This document shows positions 53,299-64,000 of a DNA stretch of 64,000 bases, piece after piece. The position numbers were made by a program, and so were the translations under genes. Below the pieces are notes generated by a model. That model saw only the letters and a program-made list of their open reading frames with translations, was not told the origin of the DNA and made no database searches. Positions within the stretch are counted from its first letter, which is position 1; each line of letters starts with the position of its first letter. The stretch is from NCBI GenBank assembly GCA_951406725.2, contig OX597819.1, positions 98,580,001 through 98,644,000 of the forward strand, read 5' to 3'. This stretch comes from Octopus vulgaris (lineage: Eukaryota).

Positions 53299-53965
53299 GT
53301 AAGTAACACCGACATTTATGCTTCATATATTTGTACAAGGAGGCGCAATGGTCCAGTGGTTAGGGCAGCGGAATCGCGGTCGTAGGATCACGGTTTCGAT
53401 TCCCAGACCGGGCGTTGTGAGTGTTTATTGAGCGAAAACACCTAAAGCTCCATGAGGCTCCGGCAGGGGATGGTGGCGATCCCTGCTCTACTCTTTCGCC
53501 ACAACTTTCTCTCACTCTTTCTTCTCTTGGCCTGCTCGCTTAGCCAGCGGGGTGGCGTCATTTGATGGCTAAAACAATGTGAAGCTCATTGTGGCCAGAT
53601 CATTGTGTAGCAACATCTGATAGCCTGGTCGGTCACGGTGATCACGGTGACATTTGTACAAAGCAAATATATGTTCTAATTTCTTTGTGTTTTCATATTC
53701 TCTCAGATTTCACTTTACAAACGACTCTTCTTTCACACAACAGATGGCCTCATATTTTTCACTTATAATATCTCACTTCTCACAATACTTTCTTCCAATA
53801 TTTGTTTGCATATGGCTGTATGGCAAAAAGCTTGCTTCCCAACCTACATGGTTCCAGGTTCAGTCACACTGCGTGGCACCTTATGCAAGTATCTGTTACT
53901 ATATCCGCGGGCTGACCAAAATCTTTTGAGTGGATTTGGTAGACGGAAATTGAAAGAAGTCCGTC

Positions 53966-54082
<117 letters not shown>

Positions 54083-54265
54083 GCTCGTAGCTTAGTTTTA
54101 CCTGGGGGTTGGCCGGATCGGAGTGATCTATCAAGATTAATCAGCCGAAATTGCTACGATGATCCGGTTCTTGACTGAAGATTGAGGGCTTCGAATGTCC
54201 CGTCCGTGTTTTTTGTATCGCCTTCTAAGTGTTTTGCGTTCTTGTCCCAGTTTGTATTTTTCTAC

Positions 54266-54324
<59 letters not shown>

Positions 54325-55454
54325 ACCCGTGATAGGAGAAATGACGAATAATAGTCGTGGTTTATAGAATAGTTACATGTGTTGAAAATGTGGACCGCAG
54401 ATTGGCTCAACAGGCATTGAGAGACACAGCTACACTTATAATACTTGTGAAAGCGGTCCGCTGTCGTCAGGGTGTGATTGCCCTCATTAGCATGTTGACA
54501 AGAAACATAAAAACGCAATGCATCAATATATTGTCTCCCATGTTTTTAAAATATGTATTTACTTTACTGCGTTTCATTTATATCTATCTCGATCACTCTC
54601 TCCATTTTTCTATTAACTCTTAGTCACTCTATATCCTTTCGCTACTTTGTACACTTTGTATTCACTCTCTATCCCCCACTCACTGCAAATTACTCTATTA
54701 CTCTATATCCTTTACTCGAAGAGAGGTAACATTTATCCCCAATTAAACGGAGATGTTCTAGTAGAACAAACTTTACTGCGGCAGTTACCATGAGAGAAAC
54801 TCATTGGCGTAAAATGTACTTTTGTTTATATCACTAGCGGGGAGGTAAATTCCCGCTACCTCCAGCGCCGAGATCGTCAGATCACATGATTTCGATCTTT
54901 TTTGGTTTTGTCAATGGTAGACACCCGACCGCTAGATGAACAACGATTCATTTCCCCGCCAGCGATAATACAGATTAACTGTACCAGAACAGGCGCTGTA
55001 TCACGATTAGCCGATTAGTTTCTTAAAATTATATATTAGCGACAGAAACTCCCACTTAAACGTGGATGTTCTGTTAGAACAAACTTTAATGCGGTCTCAC
55101 TCATTCACACACACACACACACACACCTTACCTTTACCTTTTACCTTTTACTTGTTTCAGTCATTAGACTGCGGTCACGCTGGGGCACCACCTTGAATAT
55201 ATTCTTTTATTCCTTCATTTGTTTCGGTCATTTGACTGTGGCCATGCTGGAGTACCGCCTTTAATCGAACAAATCGACCCCAGGACTTATTCTTTGTAAG
55301 CCTAGTTCTTGTTCTATCGGTCATTTTTGCCGAACCACTAAGTTACAGGGACTTAAACATACCAACATTGGTTTAGGGGACGAAGACAGACGCACACAAA
55401 AATAAATATACACATGCATATATATATAGACTGTTAGGTGTGGTGTACAGAAAT

Positions 55455-56466
55455 TGAATATTGAGAAAAATGTCGTCAGGATTTTGCAGATAAAACCTTT
55501 TGATTTCATCATTATTATTAGAGCTTTCGTTTATTTCTGGAACTTGTCAAATAGAATTTTGTGAATGTACAAACAGCTTGATCATTTATATAAAACATGC
55601 TTTTTGGGTTTTGTTTAGAAGAAAACACTGCCTTTGTTTCTTTGGGTGAGGTTCCGTAACAATGGAGATAGATAGATAGAAATACATGTAGGTAGATAGG
55701 CTGATAGATAGATAGATAAATAGATGGATAGACAGATAGATAGTTAGATAGGTAGAGAGGGGGAAAGAGAGAAGGGGCTCCCCCTTCCTATTCATCATTT
55801 ATTTAGTCATTTACCATTGTATTGGAATGGGTTTAAGAATGGTGATCTCTTCAGAAAAAAAAAATGAGGTCACCATTCTTGAACCCATTCCAATACAGGG
55901 TGTTCAAAAAGTCTTTCCGCAGTGAATTTTTTTCTCCAACATGTATTTCAAAATATGTGTAGAAGAGTCAACTTATGTATTGAAAATGAAGGACCACACT
56001 TTCAACACCTCTTATAAAGGTTTTGTAAAGTCTAACATATTCTTTTGTAGTCTTATAACGTATTATAAATATTTATTTTGCAATAAAATACTTACTGCGG
56101 AGAGACTTTTTGAACACCCTGCTCAATGGTAGATGACTAAATAAATAAATAAATGCATGGTGAATAGGAAGGTATCCCTTTCTCTTACTCCCCTTCTCTA
56201 TCTATCTGTCAGCCCATCTACCCACCTACATTTATATCTGTCTGTCTCCATTGTCATGGAACTTCATAAAAAAAAAAACAGCATAAAAATAATGCTCTCT
56301 TCTTCTAAACAAAACCCCCCAAAACATGTTTTATATAAATGAACAAGCTGTTTGTACATTCACAAAATTTTATTTGACAAGTTTGAGAAACGAACAAAAG
56401 CGCTAATAATAATGAAGAAATAGACAGATTTTTCCCCCAAAATTCTGACGACTTCTTTCTCAATAT
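55455..56466. repeat. Nested fold-back: diverged ~350-bp outer arms around a 32-bp hairpin (55818-55897) and a MITE
   Basis: e.g. 'ttttgtgaatgtacaaacagcttgatcatttatataaaacatg' versus 'catgttttatataaatgaacaagctgtttgtacattcacaaaa'; inner hairpin 30/32. Confidence 0.85.
55896..56121. mobile_element. Tc1/mariner-type MITE (226 bp)
   Basis: TIRs cagggtgttcaaaaagtctttccgcagt / actgcggagagactttttgaacaccctg; TA on the left only. Confidence 0.75.
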
Positions 56467-56476
56467 GTATATATAT

Positions 56477-58041
56477 ATATTGTTATATTTCGGAATGGTC
56501 ATATTGCCAGTTTAGCCAATAAAAACACACGCACTATATATTTGGTGTTATTTTGCTTCAGTGATATTTATTTTTTACATTAATCTTAATCTTATTTCGG
56601 CCAAAGTTCTTTCGTCACACTCCTGTGACCGCATCAGTGGTCCTTTGTTTTCTTCTCACTTACTTGTGTCTCTCCTTACTAACCGTCAGCCATTTTGTAT
56701 TTCTATTGTATGTCTTCATTTGCGCATGCTTATATCTCTATGTGCGTCTATGTTTATTTAGTGTGTGTGTGTGTGGGGGGTGTGTGTAATATTTGTATCT
56801 TCTGGTTATATACATTCTTGTAATTTGTATTTTGTTTTTGTTGTTGTTGCTTTTGTTCTAATTTTGTTCATGTGTTTACATCCACCCATTATCATCATTA
56901 CATATGCTTGTATGTATGTATAACAACAATATTAGTAATAATAATAATAAATCTAATCGAAAAAAAAAAAAAAAAAAGAATATACATATACACATATATA
57001 TACACACACATACATATACATATATATATATATACATATATACACACATATATACACATATACATATACATATATATACACATATACATATATATAGATA
57101 TTCATTTCTATTTCTTTAATTACCTGTGTATTTATTATGTTTGCAGGATCCACTATTGTCATATGTTGTGGTGTGCGCTATTGCTCCATTCTAGTTTTCT
57201 ATTCAGGCTAGGTTTATTTTCTATTATATGTGTAGCTTCTGTAATTTGTCTAATTGTTGCATCTGTTCTATGTGTGGACAATATCTTAATCTCTATGTTA
57301 TTGATTGATCCCCCGTGTTCTTGTTCGGCGTGTTGGTACAGAATCGATGAGCTTTTACCTTCCTTGAGTTGTCTCCAATGTTCATTCACCCGCTCACCAA
57401 TGCTTCTTGCAGTTTCCCCTACGTATGTTACTGTCTTGTTACTGCATCGTCCCTCTATACATCTTATACTATAGACCACATTTCTGGCTTTACAGTTCGT
57501 TTGTGGGCTAAATCTACATACAGTGCAATAGTTATCCGTACAGAGAGTTCTACTAAAAGGATAGCTTCTACCAATTATAGATCTGATAGGGTTGCCTGGC
57601 TTTTCAACAACCTTAGTTCTTAGTTTAAGTTTATCTAGGGTCCTTCTAAAGCGGTACGCTAGTTCACCTCCAGGGGTGGTGTCAACGAACATGACACTCT
57701 GGTATTTATGGCTATCATACCAAGAGTTGGCCTTCCCTATTTTCTTTTTTGTCCTTTCTATAGTGTTCCATGACTTGTTCCTATAGAGTGGGCAAATACC
57801 ATTCCTATCATTACATAATATATTATCAAAATTTTTTTTTTTTTTTTTATAAAATTTTTTCTCAAGAAAACAAAGGACCACTGATGCGGTCACAGGAGTG
57901 TGACGAAAGAACTTTGGCCGAAATAAGATTAAGATTAATGTAAAAAATAAATATCACTGAAGCAAAATAACACCAAATATATAGTGCGTGTGTTTTTATT
58001 GGCTAAACTGGCAATATGACCATTCCGAAATATAACAATAT
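56477..58041 (-). mobile_element. Young 5'-truncated PLE (different lineage) with perfect 178-bp inverted pLTRs (56477-56654 / 57864-58041) and an open GIY-YIG frame
   Basis: ORF 57159-57893: 'C....C.VC......NCKARNVVYSIRC...C...VTYVGETARSIGERVNEH...RQITEA..I....PSLN'; arms are exact reverse complements. Confidence 0.92.
57875..57919 (+). ncRNA. Hammerhead-like motif (A9>C) in the pLTR; mirror copy at 56599-56643 minus
   Basis: ggacca-CTGATGC-g-gtcac aggagt gtgac-GAAA-gaac-TT-tggcc. Confidence 0.55.
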
Positions 58042-58094
58042 CTGTTTCAACACACGACTTCACATAAAAAATCTTGCACAACAAATATTTAAAC

Positions 58095-58145
<51 letters not shown>

Positions 58146-58266
58146 CTGGCCTCTTTCAGTTTCCATCTACCAAGTCCACTCAGAAGGCCTTGGTATCCCG
58201 CAGTGTGACTGAACTTGGAACCATGTGGTTGGGAAGTAAAGTTCTTACCACACGGTTACGCTTGCG

Positions 58267-58319
<53 letters not shown>

Positions 58320-58405
58320 TTTATAAATTTAACCTTTAAAGGTATTTTTTATATGCTGGCCATTGATAAATTTTTTTTCCCGAAAAAAAAATATCCTGCA
58401 TTAAT

Positions 58406-58488
<83 letters not shown>

Positions 58489-58527
58489 ATGTATGTATGT
58501 ATGTATGTATGTATGTATGTGTGTGTG

Positions 58528-58559
<32 letters not shown>

Positions 58560-58668
58560 TGTGTGCATGTGTGTATGTATATATATCATTGCTATCTTTT
58601 CCATGTTATTTCATGACCATATGACCATATATATCTAATCGTGTCTCCGATTATATTTTTTAAAACAG

Positions 58669-58800
58669 GTGCGTTTCTAATTCCCTTTTTCATATTTATG
58701 ATATTTGCTGCCATCCCAATATTAATGCTTGAAAACGCTGTCGCCCAATTTGCTAGTTTCGGACCAGGAAAAATATGGGTCATGTGTCCCCTTTTTAAAG
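58669..58800 (+). CDS. SLC6 gene 2 exon (TM2)
   Basis: tttttaaaaCAG| ... |GTAAGA; 132 bp, phase 1-1; GAFLIPFFIFMIFAAIPILMLENAVAQFASFGPGKIWVMCPLFKG. Confidence 0.95.
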
Positions 58801-59034
58801 GTAAGACTTCATTTTAAAAATCGCAGTAGATGACTAGCCATTGTTGCTATTATTTTTGTAACTAATTAGAGCAAGATCAAGTCTGATGAAAAAAAAAAGA
58901 CATATGTTCAAAGACATTCCAATTGCTACCATTTCATATTCTTTTAAGGTAGTGAACTACATTATTCGATATGTCCTTCCTATTTTTTGAAAATGTACAC
59001 ACACACACACACACACGCATGCACACACACATTT

Positions 59035-59360
59035 AAAAGACTCCGCCGGTTACGACGACGAGGGTCCCAGCTGATACGATCAACGGAACAGCTTGCTCGT
59101 GAAATTAACGTGCAAATGGCTGAGCATTCCACAAACACGTGTACCCTTAACGTAGTTCTCGGGGATAATCAGCGTGACACAGAGAGTGACAAGGCTGACC
59201 CTTTGAAATACAAAGTACAACTCATTTTTGCCAGCTGAGTGGACTGGAGCAACGTGAAATAAAGTGTCTTGCTCAAGGACACAACGCGTCGCCGGGAATC
59301 GAACTCACAACCTTACGATCATGAGCCGAATGCCCTAACCACTAAGCCACGCGCCCTCAC
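59035..59360 (-). mobile_element. tRNA-derived SINE with CORE-like domain
   Basis: Minus-strand head gagggcgcgtggcttagtggttagggc ... gagttcgattccc, then 'tgtgtccttgagcaagacacttt'. Confidence 0.8.
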
Positions 59361-59383
59361 TGCACACACACATACACACACAC

Positions 59384-60020
59384 TGTTAACTGAAGTAACT
59401 AAAGGTAGACTGACTCGTTGTTATAGATTAAAGAACTGAGCGATTGGCAGTTCGTGTTGGTAGCAGTTCACTGTGGCTTTTGATATAGAGCTTTGAATCT
59501 CATGTAATAATAATAGTAGTGTGTCGGGAATACACTTTATTCCCCACTTCTTCGTTATATTATATATCCAATAGAAGGATATAAAAGTGGCGACGAGTTG
59601 TTTGAAGCTTGAGTCGGACGTTTAAAATTTATTTTTGGTATGAAACCAAAGGAAAATTCGTTTAACATGGATAACCTATTGGTCGTTGTGAGCAAAACAG
59701 TAGCAATTGCAGCAGCAGCACCAAAACCAACAGTTGCTGGAATTAATGTTGAAGGAGTCTGAGAATATTTCAGGTTCGTACTTGCCAGACAGCATAGCAA
59801 GCTCAATTGAAAAATTCGGCTATAAACCAGAAGGTACTACGGTCTCTGCATATTTTTATAGATACGAAGAATTCTTCAAAGAAGGGTGTAAAAGTTGGTC
59901 CGACGAGAAAAATGTATGATTAATTTTAAGAAAGTTATCCCTTGCCGAACACGAAAAATATAGTAATTATATTCTACCGAAGAAACCAAGGAGAGATTTG
60001 TTTCGATGGGATTGGTCGGT
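59384..60020 (+). mobile_element. Gypsy LTR-retrotransposon 5' relic (LTR, PBS, gag start)
   Basis: PBS-like TGGCGACGAG at 59588; gag-like 'QQQHQNQQ...SIEKFGYKPEGTTVSAYFYRYEEFF...WSDEK'. Confidence 0.6.
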
Positions 60021-60027
60021 AAATACT

Positions 60028-60063
<36 letters not shown>

Positions 60064-60292
60064 AGTATTTACCTAAACTCTCTCTCTCTCTCTCTTTCTA
60101 TTCATATCTCTCTATCTATCTATATGTCAATGTATTTGTGCATCTTTCTAACAATCTGTCTTCTCTGATCCCACGGCACGGTGCAGTTAAGCATTGTAAC
60201 CAGTAACAACTAATCTCATATTGTTCTGTTTGCAAGACATTTAACTCCACAAACTCTATATTCGCACTACCGTGCTTTTTTTTATCTTGCAG

Positions 60293-60569
60293 GTATAGGT
60301 GCTGGAATGATTATTATATGTGCCATCACTAGTGTGTACTACAATGTGATCATAGCCTGGGTCTTATACTATCTGTATAGTTCCATGCACCCTACATTAG
60401 CTTGGAGTAAATGTAACAACCCCTGGAACACACATCGTTGCTATGAATCAATTTCCTTGACGAAAATTTCTCAAAGTAATTCCACTTTAGACTCGATGCT
60501 GAATTCAACGAAGGATGTTAATGTATCTTCATCTCTGGCACTGTCGTCATCTGTTGAAGAATACTGGGA
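60293..60569 (+). CDS. SLC6 gene 2 exon (TM3 and extracellular loop 2); gene continues beyond the window
   Basis: ttttatcttgCAG| ... GA|GTAAGT; 277 bp, phase 1-2; GIGAGM...YYNVIIAWVLYYL...WSKCNNPWNTHRC (EL2 disulfide), N-x-S/T sequons, 'EEYWE'. Confidence 0.95.
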
Positions 60570-61177
60570 GTAAGTTAATTTATTTCTTCTTTTTTTTTTT
60601 TACCTTGAGTCCAAATACTCTGATAACAATTTTTCTTGTGTTCGGAACTGAGGATCGATGATTGAATTTCCTTTGGCGATGCCCCAGCATGGCCACAGCC
60701 TTAGGGCTGAAACGCATAACAGAATGTGTTAACAGTTTAAAGAGTAAACTCTGGAATCGTAGTAACACCTTGACGGTATTTGGGCTTAGAGCGAAGAGAC
60801 CCATGTAAATACCACAAAGCGTTCTAATCTGACGTTCTAACCTATCTGAAAAATGCTCACCATGTTTTATGTTATTTCGATTCCTGATAAGATTTTCTAT
60901 GTAAATCACACTTCGTCTTTGTAATTGTCACATTCAACCGCCTCCCTAATGGCAAATAAAAGAAAATAACGGTGAGCTGGCAGAATCGTTACCACGCCGA
61001 ACAACATGCTTAGCGGCATTTCGTCCGTCTTTAAGTTCTGAATTCAAATTCCGTCGGGGCCAACTTTGCCTCTAATCCTTTCAGGGTCGATGAAATAAGT
61101 ACCAGTTGCACACTAGGGTCAATATAATCAACTAATTCCTCCTCCCCCAAGACATCAGGCTTTGTGCCTAGAGTATA

Positions 61178-61312
<135 letters not shown>

Positions 61313-62091
61313 CATATGGAGCAAAACATTATTTTCATATTCTCAGACTGTTCCCGTGGAATTTTCTTTACTATTTATTATTCCATGAATTGCTAACAAG
61401 TAAAATAACCTTTTTATTAATATTAGCATGTCTACAAGGCAACGAGCTGAAAGAATCGTTAGTACAACGGGCAAAATGCTTAGGAGCATTTCATCCACCT
61501 ACTCGTTCTGAGTTCAAATTCTACTAAGGTTGACTTTGCCTTTAGTTCTTTCGGGGTCGATAAAATAAGTACCAGTCGAGCACTGGGCTCGATGTAGTCG
61601 GCTTACTTACTCCCTCCCGAAATTTCTGGCCTTGTGAAATCAATATTAACGTATCTATAATCGTGGCTTTCTGCCAGATTATTTTCTAGTAAATGATAAT
61701 GATTTGGTGTGGCCATGTAGTTACAAGCACAAGAAGTTTTGTCCTTCACTAAGGGAACTGATAAGCGAGCGGTAAAACAGGAACTCGGAAATGTCGAGAT
61801 GAGCGTGCGAATTATTGTTGTCACCGGATGTTCTTTATCATCTCTCATCAAATGTATTTCATCCACTACAATCCTATGAGCGAATGAGTCTTTAATCTAA
61901 GTGTTTCATTCTCGACCATGATATCTTATTTTAAGATATAGTCTATCTAGAACTATTTCATTATCCAGTGTCGTCGTAAAATTGGTAGGGCGATATTTGA
62001 GTGAGGTTTGACTGCTGTTTGTAGTATATCTAGCAACCAAGTAAATACTCCATCAACTCAAATTAGCTTTACAATCTATCATTCATTAACA

Positions 62092-62318
62092 ATATTATAT
62101 CATATTACATTGCATTACATTACATTACATTATATTGTCATGTCATGTCATGTCATGTCATGTCATGTCACGTCACGTCACGTCACGTCACGTCACGTCA
62201 CGTCACGTCACGTCACGTCACGTCACGTCACGTCACGTCACGTCACGTCACGCCACGTCACGTCACGTCACGTCACGTCGTGTCGTGTCATGTCGTGTCA
62301 TATTATATTATATTATTA
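62092..62318 (+). repeat. Compound pentanucleotide array (CATTA)n, (CATGT)n, (CACGT)n
   Basis: Directly visible. Confidence 0.95.
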
Positions 62319-63313
62319 TAAAGGCGGCGAGCTGGTAGAAACGTCAGCACGCGGGGCGAAATGCGTAGCCGTATTTCGTCTGCCGTTACGTTCTGAGTTC
62401 AAATTCCGCCGAGGTCGACTTTGCCTTTCATCCTTTCGGGTTCGATAAATTAAGTACAAGTTACGCACTGGGGTCGATGTAATCGACTCAATTCCTTTGT
62501 CTGTCCTTGTTTGTTCCCTCTATGTTTAGCCCCTTGTGACAATAAAGAATAAAATATTTTATTATATTCTCGATGTAGGCGTCATGTATTGAACCTGTCA
62601 CCAAGTGTTAACAACATAGGAACTGTACGACCACCTTTACTCTTGTGTCTCTTCTTGATTTGGTTGATAACATTTCTCTGTCTTTCAAAAGGTATCAAGA
62701 CATCTGGTAAGGTAAGTCGCCGATTCTGAAGATTTTAGAAAATTTTGAACTGTATGTTTATGATTCTAAAGTTAGAGAACTTTCTAATAAGGATAGCCAC
62801 TAGAATCGATGTAGTTGTGATATATTGAATGCAATTTATATATGAAGGTAGTCACTAGGATAGTGATGGTTAGTAAGAATAGTCACTAGTATTGGTGGGT
62901 TAGTGATGTGGGAAGAGACACTACATTTTCTGTAAGAAATTAGTAAAAAGCAGAAATGTAGCTGAAATTTTCAAAGGCCTCCAAAACTGATGGAAAGAAA
63001 GGAATATATTTCCAAATCCCAAGCATAGATAAAATAAGTGTTACACAGAGTGGCGTTAATTAGTCACCTAAATGCCAGCTGGTGGTCATCAAACATTAGT
63101 AGTGTATTAAGTTTAACATATAAGGCGGCGAGCCTTAGGATTTCTTGGTTTTCTCCGAGTCGATATTGATAAAACTTTTCCTAGCTGATTTTCACACCAT
63201 GGTAAAGCCATTGTTATGTTTTCATTATTCCGTGTAACGGCCTTCCTTTTTTATTTCAGATTTTTCAGTTTTTGGGTGAGCCACGCTGATTGTGTCTCTC
63301 TTCTCTAAGAACA

Positions 63314-64000
63314 ATGGGATGTGGAAAAGGCCTTAATGATGAAGAAAAGTCTGTCATCATCAAAGAAAGTGCTAAAAGGACCTCTCTTCATGTCATCATG
63401 TCATTGAAGAGAAGACAGGTCGTCATGTGAACATGGTTAGACGACTCCTGAAGGACTCTTCGCAAAGAAAGAGATGATTCGATTGTGGAGCCTCCAAGAC
63501 TATGACAACTAGTGATTTAAGGAATATTGGCCTCAAGCTACGTGAGAAACCTGGACAAACAAGCAAAGACATTTTTACCACCTCAGGCCTTCCCCGTGCA
63601 CTGAAACCCATCAGAAATCGCTTCCTCGGGACCATGGCTTCCGTGTGAGAAACCCAGAGACAGCCTTCTTTAACCCTAACCCCGTCATAGGAGTTTGAGG
63701 CTTCAATGGGCCCAAAAGTACATGACGTTAGATATGATTTGTGTTCTGTTCACTGACGAAACCAGAGTGACCCTTGACGGACTCAACGGTCGGGCAAATA
63801 GCTGGCTCTATTTTAGAGATGAGCGTCACCAACGTTTACGACGTCAACAACAGGCTAGAGGAGTCATGTTATCGGTTGGTATCAGTGGGAACAGACTTGT
63901 TGGCTCAGTCAGAGTGCCTGAAGAGGTTAAAGTGATAGCAGCCGCCGACTACAATCTCCTGAAAGAGGTCTTGGATCCCTGGCTAAATGATATACCGCTA
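63314..64000 (+). pseudogene. Tc1-like transposase relic running off the window
   Basis: 'MGCGKGLNDEEK' start; 'VLFTDETRVTLDG...RLRRQQ..RGVM...GI....LVG.VRVPE.VK......Y..LL...L.PW'. Confidence 0.75.

Overview
This is eukaryotic, AT-rich, microsatellite-dense animal DNA, most likely an octopus. That assignment is inferred from the SINE families, the abundant Penelope-like elements (PLEs) and the repeat landscape; it is not proven. Host genes: two tandem plus-strand SLC6 (Na+/Cl- neurotransmitter/amino-acid transporter) paralogs. The window holds the last five coding exons of gene 1 (4294-10570) and the first three coding exons of gene 2 (53175-60569), all with GT-AG sites and consistent phases. 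Between them lie an intact orphan copy of the gene 1 terminal exon (33385-33495) and 4-5 diverged copies of an AT-rich block. Three of those copies end in a splice donor at a homologous position, so they are candidate alternative promoters/first exons for gene 2. Most of the rest is mobile DNA: three Tx1/L1-clade LINE copies all adjoining (TCTA)n, a young GC-rich CR1-type LINE with a 6-bp target-site duplication (TSD), several PLEs, and Tc1/mariner, piggyBac, Gypsy, RTE and R4-like relics plus tRNA-derived SINEs. About a dozen type I hammerhead-ribozyme(-like) motifs from at least eight families, many beside long inverted repeats, were found by eye. Most short ORFs in the track are microsatellite artefacts. 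All calls come from manual reading; no searches were run.
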